DNA of 64,000 nucleotides from a virus: IMG/VR virus record IMGVR_UViG_3300042691_043547, positions 5,422-69,421 of that record, one strand, 5' to 3'. Below, in pieces: positions 50,901-60,074 of this stretch; the first letter of the stretch is position 1; every line of letters starts with the position of its first letter. A program made the position numbers and the translations under genes. A model generated the notes under the pieces. It made no database searches, had not been told where the DNA came from, and worked only from the letters and a program-made list of their open reading frames with translations.

Positions 50901-53346
50901 CGCCAGTCGAGTCCACATAGACCAGATTCGTGCCCGAACTGTTCTGAATCTCTAAAAGATTTGCTGTTTGTGAAGCTGCTGCCTTTACGACAAGACCCTT
51001 AGTCGAAGCCGATGTTGGGTTTGCCTGAATCATTCCCGTAACATCTGCTGTTGCGCTCGTGCCAACACCAAATCGTCCACCAGAAGTTAACATCGCCTGA
51101 ACGCTACTGCCAGCATTCATAGAGAATAGGATATTCACATTGTCAGCCCGGAATCCGAAGTCCGAGGCGCTGGGTGGGTTGAGAATGTAGGCGTTGGTGG
51201 TCCCGCAGATGCCGAATGCGGCACGCTGAACACCATTTTGCTGCATCGTTACTTCGACAGATTCTGTAGCAACCGTATTGTTCAATACGATGTAGCTTGG
51301 ACGAGTGCCGCTTTTTGCAATGGACAGCGTACCAGCCGAACTGACAGAAATCGGGACATTTCCAGCACTATCCTGCCACTCTTGGAGATTGGCGCTTTGC
51401 GAGGCTGCGCCTTTTACAATTAAACCCTTCGTGCCAGCAGCCAATGCGGTTACTTGCAGCTGCGCTCCTGGGTCGGAGGAATTGTTTCCAATTCCAAAAT
51501 TTCCATTGGCTAACAAATACAAACGAGTAGCATCTGAAGCATTTGCATCTGCGACCTGAAAAGCACCATTATTGGCAGAGTTAATTATAAAGGTTCTGCC
51601 AGTTGTAGCAGTCGTATTGGTTAAATAAATACTTGGAGAAGTAGCAGTATTATATCCTGTGCCGGCAGATTTAATGGTTCCGGCGACATCTAGTCTGTAA
51701 GACGGCGAAGTTGTGCCGATACCGACATTTCCACCGCTAGAAATTGTGACGCGGGTTGCTGCGGTTCCAGCACTATCCCGAGTCTGCAACTTCATAACAG
51801 ATTCATTATTGGCACCAACACGTTGGCCCACTATGATGGCGCCAGCAGTTCCATTTGCTCCTAAGCCTATCGCTGAACCTGCGTTGGTGGTCGCATTACT
51901 GTTCAAAAAGAGAGAATAAACGCCGATATCCGACTCAGGATTTGTTAGGGCGCTATCAGCAACAACATGTAGCTTGGCACTTGGCGAAGCCGTACCAATG
52001 CCAACATTTGTGCCATTGTCAAAAATTTGGCTGTTGCCAACCGCACTCGTCCCAGTAAACTTCGTCACATAATTGGTGGTGCCACTCCCGCTGACCCCAC
52101 CAGAAGAAGTCGCCCAGGAGAGAGTGCCACTGCCGTTGGTCGTCAGAACTTGACCATTAGTGCCGTCGGTGGTGGGGAAGTTGTACGGATACATCTCACC
52201 GTTGACGCGCCACTTAGTAGAAGTCGAGTCATAAGTACATTGGACGATCCGGTTGGGGCCGAGAACAATGTCGCCGCCGCCTTCGTTGATGAATTGGTTG
52301 GCTGCGGTACTGGTCTGGCTGTGCTTCAGGGTGATGTTGAAGGAGCCGACATTGTGTAGCCACATGACGCGGCCATCGACATGGGCGCCACCGGATGGGG
52401 GGGCGATGCCAGTCACGGCTAACGCCGACGAAGAAGAGAGGCGCTGGAAGGCAGAGCCGCTTAGCGCAAGATCATTGGTCGGATTAGTAGAGAGCGCAGA
52501 TGGCGTCGAAGAAGTGTAGCACAGCGACCCACCGCCCGAAGAATAATTACCTACAACCAGCTGTCTAACTGATCCGCGATAAAAACCAACATCGGTCCAG
52601 TTGATGGGATAAGTCGAATTACTTGGTTCCCAAGCGCCAGAATAAAAATTTGAATACCACCAACCAGCATAAACGGTCTGACTGCTTGGATTGCCAATAG
52701 CAATTGTGCTTGTGCCAACTGGATAAACCCCGACAGTGCTAGGACCAACACGACCGATTTGTACGCCGAAATCATTTGAAGATTTAAGTATGATTGAGCT
52801 GGATGTTCCGTAGTCGGCGACAGCCGTGAAATTCTTAATGTGGAACTGCGACCCATCATGCCACATCTGCACTTCGTTCGTGCCAGCCGTACCACCAGGC
52901 TGACGAACAATGATCTTGCCATCCCCACCCGTTGTTGCCTGCAAACCCGGCAACAGAAGAATGTTTCCGCCCGCACCACTCGTCAATCCGTCAGCGGCAC
53001 GAACAGTGACGCTGTTGCCTGATCCAGCCACCGTCCTCGGCACCGCATACAGCGTGTTGCTGTAAACAGTCCCTCCCAACGGAGCCAGTCGGACAAGGCC
53101 GGAGGCATCGACATCGATCATCGGGATGCCGGACACATCGTTGACGGAGAAGATTGTGCCGGAGGCTAGATTATTGTTGATGCTAAAAAGCTGGCCTGCC
53201 GACCCCTCAAAGCTCAGAGTGCCAGTGGAGTCGTCCAGTACGCGAAGCGTAATCGGTATATTGCCCTTGCCGGTAAAAGCAATGCTGGGTTGCGCCGTTT
53301 GGGAACGGTTGGGGGTAATAAGGATATTCTTGTCCGAATCTGCCAT
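47944..53346 (-). CDS. long mosaic tail fibre protein (1800 aa)
   Basis: GNVGIGT.SP repeats, GQVLTTNGSGTLSW, repeated QSANLQEWQ modules. Confidence 0.85.
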   Translation of the reverse strand: MADSDKNILITPNRSQTAQPSIAFTGKGNIPITLRVLDDSTGTLSFEGSAGQLFSINNNLASGTIFSVNDVSGIPMIDVDASGLVRLAPLGGTVYSNTLYAVPRTVAGSGNSVTVRAADGLTSGAGGNILLLPGLQATTGGDGKIIVRQPGGTAGTNEVQMWHDGSQFHIKNFTAVADYGTSSSIILKSSNDFGVQIGRVGPSTVGVYPVGTSTIAIGNPSSQTVYAGWWYSNFYSGAWEPSNSTYPINWTDVGFYRGSVRQLVVGNYSSGGGSLCYTSSTPSALSTNPTNDLALSGSAFQRLSSSSALAVTGIAPPSGGAHVDGRVMWLHNVGSFNITLKHSQTSTAANQFINEGGGDIVLGPNRIVQCTYDSTSTKWRVNGEMYPYNFPTTDGTNGQVLTTNGSGTLSWATSSGGVSGSGTTNYVTKFTGTSAVGNSQIFDNGTNVGIGTASPSAKLHVVADSALTNPESDIGVYSLFLNSNATTNAGSAIGLGANGTAGAIIVGQRVGANNESVMKLQTRDSAGTAATRVTISSGGNVGIGTTSPSYRLDVAGTIKSAGTGYNTATSPSIYLTNTTATTGRTFIINSANNGAFQVADANASDATRLYLLANGNFGIGNNSSDPGAQLQVTALAAGTKGLIVKGAASQSANLQEWQDSAGNVPISVSSAGTLSIAKSGTRPSYIVLNNTVATESVEVTMQQNGVQRAAFGICGTTNAYILNPPSASDFGFRADNVNILFSMNAGSSVQAMLTSGGRFGVGTSATADVTGMIQANPTSASTKGLVVKAAASQTANLLEIQNSSGTNLVYVDSTGDLAVGVPSTTYFPSGPAAPLHVTRPTTAVATAVAAWPTYEPDTQTHARLTALFTDGGNGGTATAGTGTTNLIQFGEYYTGRVVLMPWGAGGQTPSDQGAGNGRDIMLLGGKSDNTTGKIGGRVFIQGGTGFNASGWGANFGNVVLQPNGGDVGIGTSSPATKLHVVGAIRSSGYTGGGDGTYLALTGDLPGYAANRYPTLRSDGSIYFSVSDRYAAYLYSVDNSFNIANTSTQWRVSLNPNGTSYFTGGALAVGATTAAGGGQVYIAPQASGTKGLVVRAAASQSVNLQEWQDSTGSARSWISSACKLNVLQAGDGAQGGLEESVANFGHKSFWSNGDAGLISVGFADIAGTYNSSSARWDMYFKTGNSGDPSARTERMRILGGNGNVGIGTKVPDKLLTIAGNAATPQITIYKSPDGSINSAQQIAVLGTGSSNSNSGTTGGNEYGLLQLMHNGTIRCQIYAGGNGWILDGMSFGTNSSPGAQVLVVPSAAATKGLIVRGAASQSANLQEWQNSGGTVLASVDASGVINATHSGSFTGTLTTTANAEQYTGSLTRQRYFTGSIPTVVGNYREIFYVQGNVATTVEIELHAINSTSRTLTKKYRYSTVWGIQNGVVAPNMVSDSQDNSSLGFELETLQFNTYQSMFRIKRTIGTDAGTFYCVIRSIGTANGITESTGTGTSALSGYLYGRDYLNPTISPAPNPYTSGAGVSLTILANNGSTSGAGGSIILQPGAQATTGGNGSIRFINPSNTAQYFYIAPSTSALDIGLVGISNDVNTGGINFNGTNIRGLGTVNTSALFAGSFYLSSTTLRSTFGASVQLGSSNGTSTDNINYIWMRQDGHIAWYGDIGLRRDGVGVLSVTNGSTGGGSLAYKSNTTNISAPTNDLVLNGSAFQRLNCTTACNLTGVAPPSGSHIDGRMMRIYNVGTANLTLKHNSTSSAIANRFCCVQAVDIVLAPRDYAELIYDGTDGGLVGGQNNPCWRVH

Positions 53347-53355
53347 GATAAGCTC

Positions 53356-54000
53356 CTATATTCCGAAACGACCGCGCATAGCCACATATACTTTGATGAC
53401 TTCCTCTTCTGACAATACCCGGTTGTAGGCCATGAGGAAGCTGAGTTGGGCTTGACTTCTTTCGTAAGTTGAACTCCATGCGCCGACACAGAAGGAGGTG
53501 GGGCCATACGCCCCCCCGTTGTTGCTGCCGATCAAAACGCCATTGTTGTAAAGTGCCCATATATCTGAACTATAGTTTCCTATGCCAGCGTATATGGTCC
53601 ATAAAGTTCCGTCAGCCGAACCGTTGACCACCCAGCCCTCAGCGTAATACTTGTTGCCCGAGCCGCCATGGTGACCCAGGAGCCAGTTGCCACCACTGGA
53701 ACTGACCACCCTGCCGTTGTAGCCAGACCCAGGTTTTCTTCTGGAGCCGGTAATGATCGTGTGGTTTACAGTCTGGAGATTGGGGCCGCCGGTAATCTGA
53801 CTGTCCACACCGTTGGTTTCCAGGATACCCCCAGCAGTATTGCCATCAAAAGTCACCGTATTGACGAGAGTGCCGTTATTGCCGTTGCCGCTAAGGTCAT
53901 AAAGGACCGTACCTGTGCCTGGGTAAGATTGACGATCAGAAACATCCCAGTGCATGACTAGGCCATTGGTGGGAATGGAAGGTCCAGCGTAAACGCTCAC
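53356..54000 (-). CDS. LamG-like protein
   Basis: GTG start in a GTGA overlap; P.I.TNGL..D...SYPGTG...DLSGN...YNR.LS..RGRFGI. Confidence 0.8.
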   Translation of the reverse strand: MSVYAGPSIPTNGLVMHWDVSDRQSYPGTGTVLYDLSGNGNNGTLVNTVTFDGNTAGGILETNGVDSQITGGPNLQTVNHTIITGSRRKPGSGYNGRVVSSSGGNWLLGHHGGSGNKYYAEGWVVNGSADGTLWTIYAGIGNYSSDIWALYNNGVLIGSNNGGAYGPTSFCVGAWSSTYERSQAQLSFLMAYNRVLSEEEVIKVYVAMRGRFGI

Positions 54001-55352
54001 AGTCCGAACCTCCCGCGAACAGATGAAAAGTTTTGAGCAACTTGGGCATCGGTCAAGGCAGCGTTGTAACAACGAACCAGAGCAATTTCTCCCTTGAAGT
54101 AATAACTACTCCAAGCAGAGTATCCGACCGTAAAGGCAGTCAAATTTGTCATGAGCGGAGAGCCAGAGGCGTTTCCAACGGTTCGTTTCAAGCCATCCAG
54201 CCAAATATCATAAGTCGATGTCCCGTTGTTGTAGTTGATCAGAAGGTGGTGGAATCCATATGGGACATTGTCGGTTATGTAGCTGCCATATGAATTAGGA
54301 TAATTAGTCCACCAAGAAATGGTTTCGCCAGCGAACGCGCTAGTCCAACTTCCTAAACCAACAGTTCTAATATTTGAACCACCAGAGACAAAACCAACAA
54401 GACTGTAATAAGGACTGTTGTCAGTCTCAGGGCTTGAAACTAAAGCTTGGTAATTTCTGAAGACAATTTCCAAAGTGTAAAGCGTTGTGTTGAGTCCAGT
54501 AATTGTTGCGCTGCCAGCTCCGTTAAAATACATAGCGTTGGCGTTGACAAAACAACCTCCGCTTAATGTGGCGTTATTGTTGTTTCCACTCAAGTCTGCC
54601 CAGCTGGTCATGCTGTAAGAAGGCATCTGCGAGGTGGGCGGGGTGAAATTGCTCGTATACCTTGCGTACTTAGTTAACCTGAAGTCGTCTATGTACCCGT
54701 TAAAGTTTTGACCGTTAGCGCCGCCGTCAGAGTTTCCAATATAAACAGATTTACCAGAGTCGTATACTGATCCGCTAAATGACGCAGAAACGCCACCGTA
54801 GATTCCGTTAAGGTATCCTTTAATTGTGTTGCCATTTCGCACTACTGCGACATGATGCCAGGTATTCGGAGTAACTCCAGAAGCCAGGTTTACGCCACCC
54901 AAAGTCCAAGTACCTGCCGTGTTAGTGATTGTTATCCACAAATTGTTGCTGGCGTCAGTTCCAATGCAATACGCATCGTAAGTTCCTGCGTTCCTTTTGC
55001 ATATGATTCCGTTCAAAGTGGCTGAAGTTATGTAAACCCAGCATTCAATAGTCCAATCACCGCTACCTAACTGAAAAATTGCGTTGTTTGGAGTGCTAAG
55101 ATAATTGCCGTTTCCGGCAAAATACAAGCTTTTTGTCCCATACTTGTATTGAGTTGAACTCGGCCCAGCCGAACCAGTTGCGGTCATGGTAACAGCATTT
55201 GAGCTGCTGTCTGTTGTCGTTTCTCCTAGAAGAAGAAGCGAGACATTTGAAAAAAGAAAATCTCCTCCGCTATTTGTCGCTCTTGGATTCGCAGCATCAA
55301 GCAAGAGAAACAAATTGTTTGTTGCAATAGACGGGGAGTGCGAGAGTCCCAT
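53997..55352 (-). CDS. double (nested) LamG protein
   Basis: GDWTIECW, WHHVAVVR, GYIDDFR, FTPPT domain inside a DLSGN...RGRFGL domain. Confidence 0.85.
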   Translation of the reverse strand: MGLSHSPSIATNNLFLLLDAANPRATNSGGDFLFSNVSLLLLGETTTDSSSNAVTMTATGSAGPSSTQYKYGTKSLYFAGNGNYLSTPNNAIFQLGSGDWTIECWVYITSATLNGIICKRNAGTYDAYCIGTDASNNLWITITNTAGTWTLGGVNLASGVTPNTWHHVAVVRNGNTIKGYLNGIYGGVSASFSGSVYDSGKSVYIGNSDGGANGQNFNGYIDDFRLTKYARYTSNFTPPTSQMPSYSMTSWADLSGNNNNATLSGGCFVNANAMYFNGAGSATITGLNTTLYTLEIVFRNYQALVSSPETDNSPYYSLVGFVSGGSNIRTVGLGSWTSAFAGETISWWTNYPNSYGSYITDNVPYGFHHLLINYNNGTSTYDIWLDGLKRTVGNASGSPLMTNLTAFTVGYSAWSSYYFKGEIALVRCYNAALTDAQVAQNFSSVRGRFGL

Positions 55353-56026
55353 TAGAGTCCAAACCTCCCCCGCATGGCGTTGAAGTTCTGAAGAACTTGG
55401 GTCGCTGTTAATGCCAAATTGTAAAAGCTTACTTTGCCTATCGAACCAGTAAAGTTATATGAGCCATCATATCTCCAAGCTATTTTGACTGACTGGCCGG
55501 TAGACAAAGAGCCGCTAGCAACATGTGTGCTGTCTAAAACACCGTTTATATATTTGGATACGGTGCCTGAAAGCCTAGAAATTACTAGGTGATACCAAGT
55601 ATTAGTGCTTATTTGACTAACACTATTGTTGGCTGTATTGGCGACCCAAGTACGAAAATTATTAGGAGAAGCAGCCAAATAATATGTTATTCCAGCACCA
55701 TTAAGGTTGTCATCTAGAGAAAAAGGTAGCGAGTAAGGAGCAAAAGATGAAACTCTTGCCCAACACTCTACTGTAAAATCACCCGTACCGACATTAAAAA
55801 GAGATGACGAAGTTGTGGCGGTAGCGCCAACATTGGCTCCCGAATATGTTAGGATGCCGCCGTTCGTAGAACTGAAAGTGGGACTATTGCCTATGGTGGC
55901 ACTGAGTCCGTTGCCCGACAAATCACTCCAAGCGGTGCCGCTGCCAGCATAACTTCTTGCGTTCCCAGGGTCTAAACAAACAACCAAGCCACTTGTGATG
56001 ATGTTGGGGTTGTAATTAGTTGCCAT
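55352..56026 (-). CDS. LamG-like protein
   Basis: GLVVCLD.GN..SY.GSGT.W.DLSGN, FTVECW, WYHLV, QNFNAMRGRFGL. Confidence 0.85.
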   Translation of the reverse strand: MATNYNPNIITSGLVVCLDPGNARSYAGSGTAWSDLSGNGLSATIGNSPTFSSTNGGILTYSGANVGATATTSSSLFNVGTGDFTVECWARVSSFAPYSLPFSLDDNLNGAGITYYLAASPNNFRTWVANTANNSVSQISTNTWYHLVISRLSGTVSKYINGVLDSTHVASGSLSTGQSVKIAWRYDGSYNFTGSIGKVSFYNLALTATQVLQNFNAMRGRFGL

Positions 56027-59000
56027 CTGGCTCCACCTCCAGCTTGGCGATATCTTTACGCGTTGCGTAAACAATAAAATCACAGCAGACCTGGCGGTCG
56101 GATTCGATAACGACCCTCTCTGCGTTGGCGTCAACAACAAAGAGCGAGGGTTGGGCAAACTTCCGGGCAGTCAGGTTGACCGTAATGCTCTCGGGATCAA
56201 CGAGATCGACCCAGTAGTCCGGCAGGATGATGACATTCTCCCCTTCCAGCCTGCCCCTGAAGTAGACGCCGTTTTCTGGACCTTCCAATGAGGCGTAGCG
56301 GAGCTTCTTGCCTTCGGCGGCCTTTGCAGGAGTCGGGTGGGGGATAAGGAACGACTTGGTCACAGCGGCGAAGTTGCCGTTGGCGTCCATGTAGGCCAGG
56401 GCCGTACCGCCGTTGTTCTGCCATTCCTGGATGTTAGCCGTCTGGCTTGCTTTTGCTCTGAAAACTACAGGCGATCCACCAGAAACATCTCTGCCGACTC
56501 TTAAGACATAAGTGCCAGCCATGTCCCAATCAAGGCCATAGCCGCTAGCCGTGTAAAAACCAACATTGGAACTGTTGGTGTTAATTGTAAGCGTGCTAGT
56601 TCCAGTAAACCTAAAAGCTTGGCCTACCGAGCTAAAATTTAGGGCTGGTCCAGTATCTGTCCAAATGTCGCTATAGTATGCGCTGTTGGTGTTTGTTGAC
56701 TCAGTAAGTCTAAGCTTGAAGCCGTTTGAATACGGCACCGTAGAAATATAAGCTAAACCAGTTGAAGACTGGATTTCTAAAGGATTTGCTGTCTGCCCCA
56801 GGAAGGCCTTGATAATCTGACCCTTGGTGCCGGTGGCTCCGGTATCAACCTGGAGCTTCGCACCAGGAGAGGTAGTGTTGATCCCGACATTGCCGTCAGA
56901 AATACAAAGGCGCGTAGCTACTGTGCGGGCGTTGTCTGCGGTATCGATGTAAAATTTCGTAGCATTGTAGCCTGAGCCGACTTCCGTATAAATCCGAGCC
57001 TTATAGTAACCAGTATTTCCGTTGTACCAACTAATGGCCTGACGGCCCGTACCCTGCGCACTCGCTTCGTATAAATAAATCGAATCACGAGTGGTCCCAT
57101 CTGCCACGGTCTGTTCAATGTAAAGCGGGTTGCTTGTACCGTTATTAAGATAAGTTTGACCAGAAACATGCAATCGATACGAAGGAGAGTTTGTGCCAAT
57201 TCCTACATTGCCAGAAGAATCTATGACAGCTCGTTCGCTATTATTAGTATAAAACCTTAATGGAGTGACACCTGCGGTGCCTATCTGCATTGTTGACGCA
57301 TTGTTTGCGGCCCAAATTTGAAAATTATTTGCGCCGCCATACACTCCGGCCCCAGCCGTATAGCCTGATCCGGTATAAGAAATTATGCCATAAACCCCGC
57401 CCGACATCGCTCTACCAACGGCCACCACAGCTCTTGCTGCTGTGCCGACATTTGTATTAGCTGTAGCGAAGCCAGAATCGTTATTGGTGCTAGCGTTTGA
57501 ATAAATCCCAGCACTGACGACATTCGATGGGGTGGTAGTGCCTATGCCGAGTGACGTACCATCATCATATAAAAGGCTGTTGCCCAGCGTCTGTTGGCTC
57601 GTGAACTTCGGATGATAACCGGCGGTGCCGGAGATGCCGAAGGGCTGGCCGATGGGGCCAAACTGCACATTGTTAATTGCAGCATTTAAGTTGTAGAAAG
57701 AAGTGTCAAAGTACAACGGATTGCCCGTTGAGCGGGCAACCGTCCGCTGAATTACGCCATCTTTCCAGTATTGAACATTGGAACCGTCGTAAGTGATCGA
57801 CAACACAGTAGAGGTAGTATAAGCGCCATATGTAGATCCTGCGCCACCACTTTCATATATTTGAAGAATGCCATCGTTTCTAAAATACCAAGCGTAATCC
57901 AAAGTGCCATAATCAGCATTTGTTGTCGGGTCGCTATTAAGCCCAAACATGATGTAGCCGTTTGTCTGCGAGGCTCTAGCTGCGCAGTAAACATTCTTCG
58001 TGTAGCCTTCGCTAGAATAAACCTGCCCATCCCATGTGTTGGCGTTTCCAGTACTTTTCGTATAAGTGCCAGCACTAGGGGAGGTGACACCTCCGGTGTA
58101 ATTCGGCGTCCAATAATTATTCCCGAAGATAGTGGTTGTGGAGTTAAACGTCCCGTAGGGCGTGAAAGACGAACCCGTAAAAGCCCCCGTCGGACTCACC
58201 GCCGCAACCACGGCCCCGGTGCTGTCTTGCCACTCCGTCAAGTTCGCAGACTGCGTAGCTGCGCCCTTGACGATTAAACCTTTTGTTGCTGCGGCTGAAC
58301 TAGTTACTTGTAGTTGTGCGCCGGGCGAAGCCGTTCCGATACCAACATTACCAGCAGAATCAATCCTCATTTTTTCGGCATTATTCGTATAGAAGGTCAT
58401 GCCGATGGGATTATAGGTTCCGCCCTGATTTAGCCTAAGCTCACCAGTTCCAGAGGTATTGTTGATTTCAAAAACATAGATATCATTACCAGTTGTGCCT
58501 TTGTAACCTATCAGAGCGTATTCGCCATCGCCGGAACCACGTTGAAAACCGATCTTGCCTGCCGAAGCACCAATTGACAGATTGTTGCTCGGCGAAGCCG
58601 TGCCAATCCCAACATTGCCCGAAGTATCAATCGTCAACTTTGGCGTCAAACCACCGCCGCTATTGCGAGTGATAACCTGGAACTTACCTTGGGGAACGCC
58701 AAGAGTGGTGTGGGTCAGGTTGTTAAAACCAATGGCTCCGACACCGTACAGGGTAGAGTTGGTCGTGGCTGTATTGAACCCAATCGCAATTCCGTTGCCA
58801 GCTGTCGTGTTGCTGTTGTTGACCGAAAGACCCAGGGCGTTATTGGCACCAGACTCTAGGTTAGACGCAGAACTAGTTATGCCACGAATTGGCTCGTAAA
58901 CATTTGCGCCAACGACATCAAGGCGACCCTGGGCCGAAGTTGTGCCAATACCAACATTGCTGCCATCATCATAAATGAGACTGTTACCGACCGCTGTCGA

Positions 59001-60059
59001 TCCGGTGAACTTGGCAATGTAATTGGTGGTGCCGCTAACTGTCCCGCCCGAAGTGACGGTCGTCCACGACAGCGTCCCGCTCCCGTTCGTCGTCAGGACC
59101 TGGCCGTTGGTGCCGTCTGCGGTGGGGAAGACATAGGGGTAGGTTTCACCCGTAGCACGCCAACGAGCAGAGGTGGCATCATAAACAACCTGCATCATCC
59201 TGCCCGGGCCAAGAACGACATTAGCACCTGTCTGGGTGGTGATGCGATTGCCCGCCGTGCTGGATGCGCTCTCGTTTACCAGCGTGATGTTGAAAGTGCC
59301 GATGTTGTACAGCCAGAACACGCGGCCGTCGCTATGGACCCAAGTTGGACTGCCGCTCCCGCCAGCTGTCGAGGCAGGGGCAATTCCCGTGATGGTGGTC
59401 GCTGCGGTGGCGTTCAGCCTTTGGAACGCAGAGTGTCCGGCCAGATTCAGATCGTTGTAAGAAGTGTTGACTGTTGTCGTGGACGACCGATAGGCCCAGG
59501 CCCCACCACCCGTACTGCCGTCTGTCAGTTCAAGGGTGGCCTTTTTGCCATTCGTGTTGTCGCCAGTATAGGCCAGCCCGAAGTTGGCATACCCCTTGAT
59601 GTGTGACCAGCCTACTCGCAGATTAAAGCCTTGGTTCCAGTTTGGTCCATTTCCATCAATCGCCCAACCATAACTGTCGTTGGTCTGGCCGTCAGCGTTG
59701 ATGATATTGGACGAATAGAGTCCATCGCAATAAATGGTCCCGGCGGTCAGGTTGGTCTTGGCATTGTTGGCGGTAGTCCTCAGAGCGATGTGGCTGCCGC
59801 CAAGTTGCAAAACGCCATCCTTGTTGATGACGCTGCCTTTGCCGCCATCGTGCGACAGCTGGATTTCGTCCGTCCCCGCCACGCCGCTGGGTTGGCGGAC
59901 AATCAAAAGGCCATTGCCGCCTGTAGTCGCCTGAGCGCCCGGCTGGATAATGATGCTGCCGCCAGCCCCGCTGGTGTTCGCATTACCGGCCTTGATCTGG
60001 ACATCATCACCCGCCCCCGACGAGGTTTTGTCCTGGGCGGCGATTACTCTAGTTGCCAT
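56016..60059 (-). CDS. mosaic tail fibre protein (1347 aa)
   Basis: GNVGIGT repeats; C-terminal KSFLIPHP..LEGPENGVY.RG..LPDYW domain. Confidence 0.85.
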   Translation of the reverse strand: MATRVIAAQDKTSSGAGDDVQIKAGNANTSGAGGSIIIQPGAQATTGGNGLLIVRQPSGVAGTDEIQLSHDGGKGSVINKDGVLQLGGSHIALRTTANNAKTNLTAGTIYCDGLYSSNIINADGQTNDSYGWAIDGNGPNWNQGFNLRVGWSHIKGYANFGLAYTGDNTNGKKATLELTDGSTGGGAWAYRSSTTTVNTSYNDLNLAGHSAFQRLNATAATTITGIAPASTAGGSGSPTWVHSDGRVFWLYNIGTFNITLVNESASSTAGNRITTQTGANVVLGPGRMMQVVYDATSARWRATGETYPYVFPTADGTNGQVLTTNGSGTLSWTTVTSGGTVSGTTNYIAKFTGSTAVGNSLIYDDGSNVGIGTTSAQGRLDVVGANVYEPIRGITSSASNLESGANNALGLSVNNSNTTAGNGIAIGFNTATTNSTLYGVGAIGFNNLTHTTLGVPQGKFQVITRNSGGGLTPKLTIDTSGNVGIGTASPSNNLSIGASAGKIGFQRGSGDGEYALIGYKGTTGNDIYVFEINNTSGTGELRLNQGGTYNPIGMTFYTNNAEKMRIDSAGNVGIGTASPGAQLQVTSSAAATKGLIVKGAATQSANLTEWQDSTGAVVAAVSPTGAFTGSSFTPYGTFNSTTTIFGNNYWTPNYTGGVTSPSAGTYTKSTGNANTWDGQVYSSEGYTKNVYCAARASQTNGYIMFGLNSDPTTNADYGTLDYAWYFRNDGILQIYESGGAGSTYGAYTTSTVLSITYDGSNVQYWKDGVIQRTVARSTGNPLYFDTSFYNLNAAINNVQFGPIGQPFGISGTAGYHPKFTSQQTLGNSLLYDDGTSLGIGTTTPSNVVSAGIYSNASTNNDSGFATANTNVGTAARAVVAVGRAMSGGVYGIISYTGSGYTAGAGVYGGANNFQIWAANNASTMQIGTAGVTPLRFYTNNSERAVIDSSGNVGIGTNSPSYRLHVSGQTYLNNGTSNPLYIEQTVADGTTRDSIYLYEASAQGTGRQAISWYNGNTGYYKARIYTEVGSGYNATKFYIDTADNARTVATRLCISDGNVGINTTSPGAKLQVDTGATGTKGQIIKAFLGQTANPLEIQSSTGLAYISTVPYSNGFKLRLTESTNTNSAYYSDIWTDTGPALNFSSVGQAFRFTGTSTLTINTNSSNVGFYTASGYGLDWDMAGTYVLRVGRDVSGGSPVVFRAKASQTANIQEWQNNGGTALAYMDANGNFAAVTKSFLIPHPTPAKAAEGKKLRYASLEGPENGVYFRGRLEGENVIILPDYWVDLVDPESITVNLTARKFAQPSLFVVDANAERVVIESDRQVCCDFIVYATRKDIAKLEVEPDGN

Positions 60060-60074
60060 TTGTCAAACTCCAGA

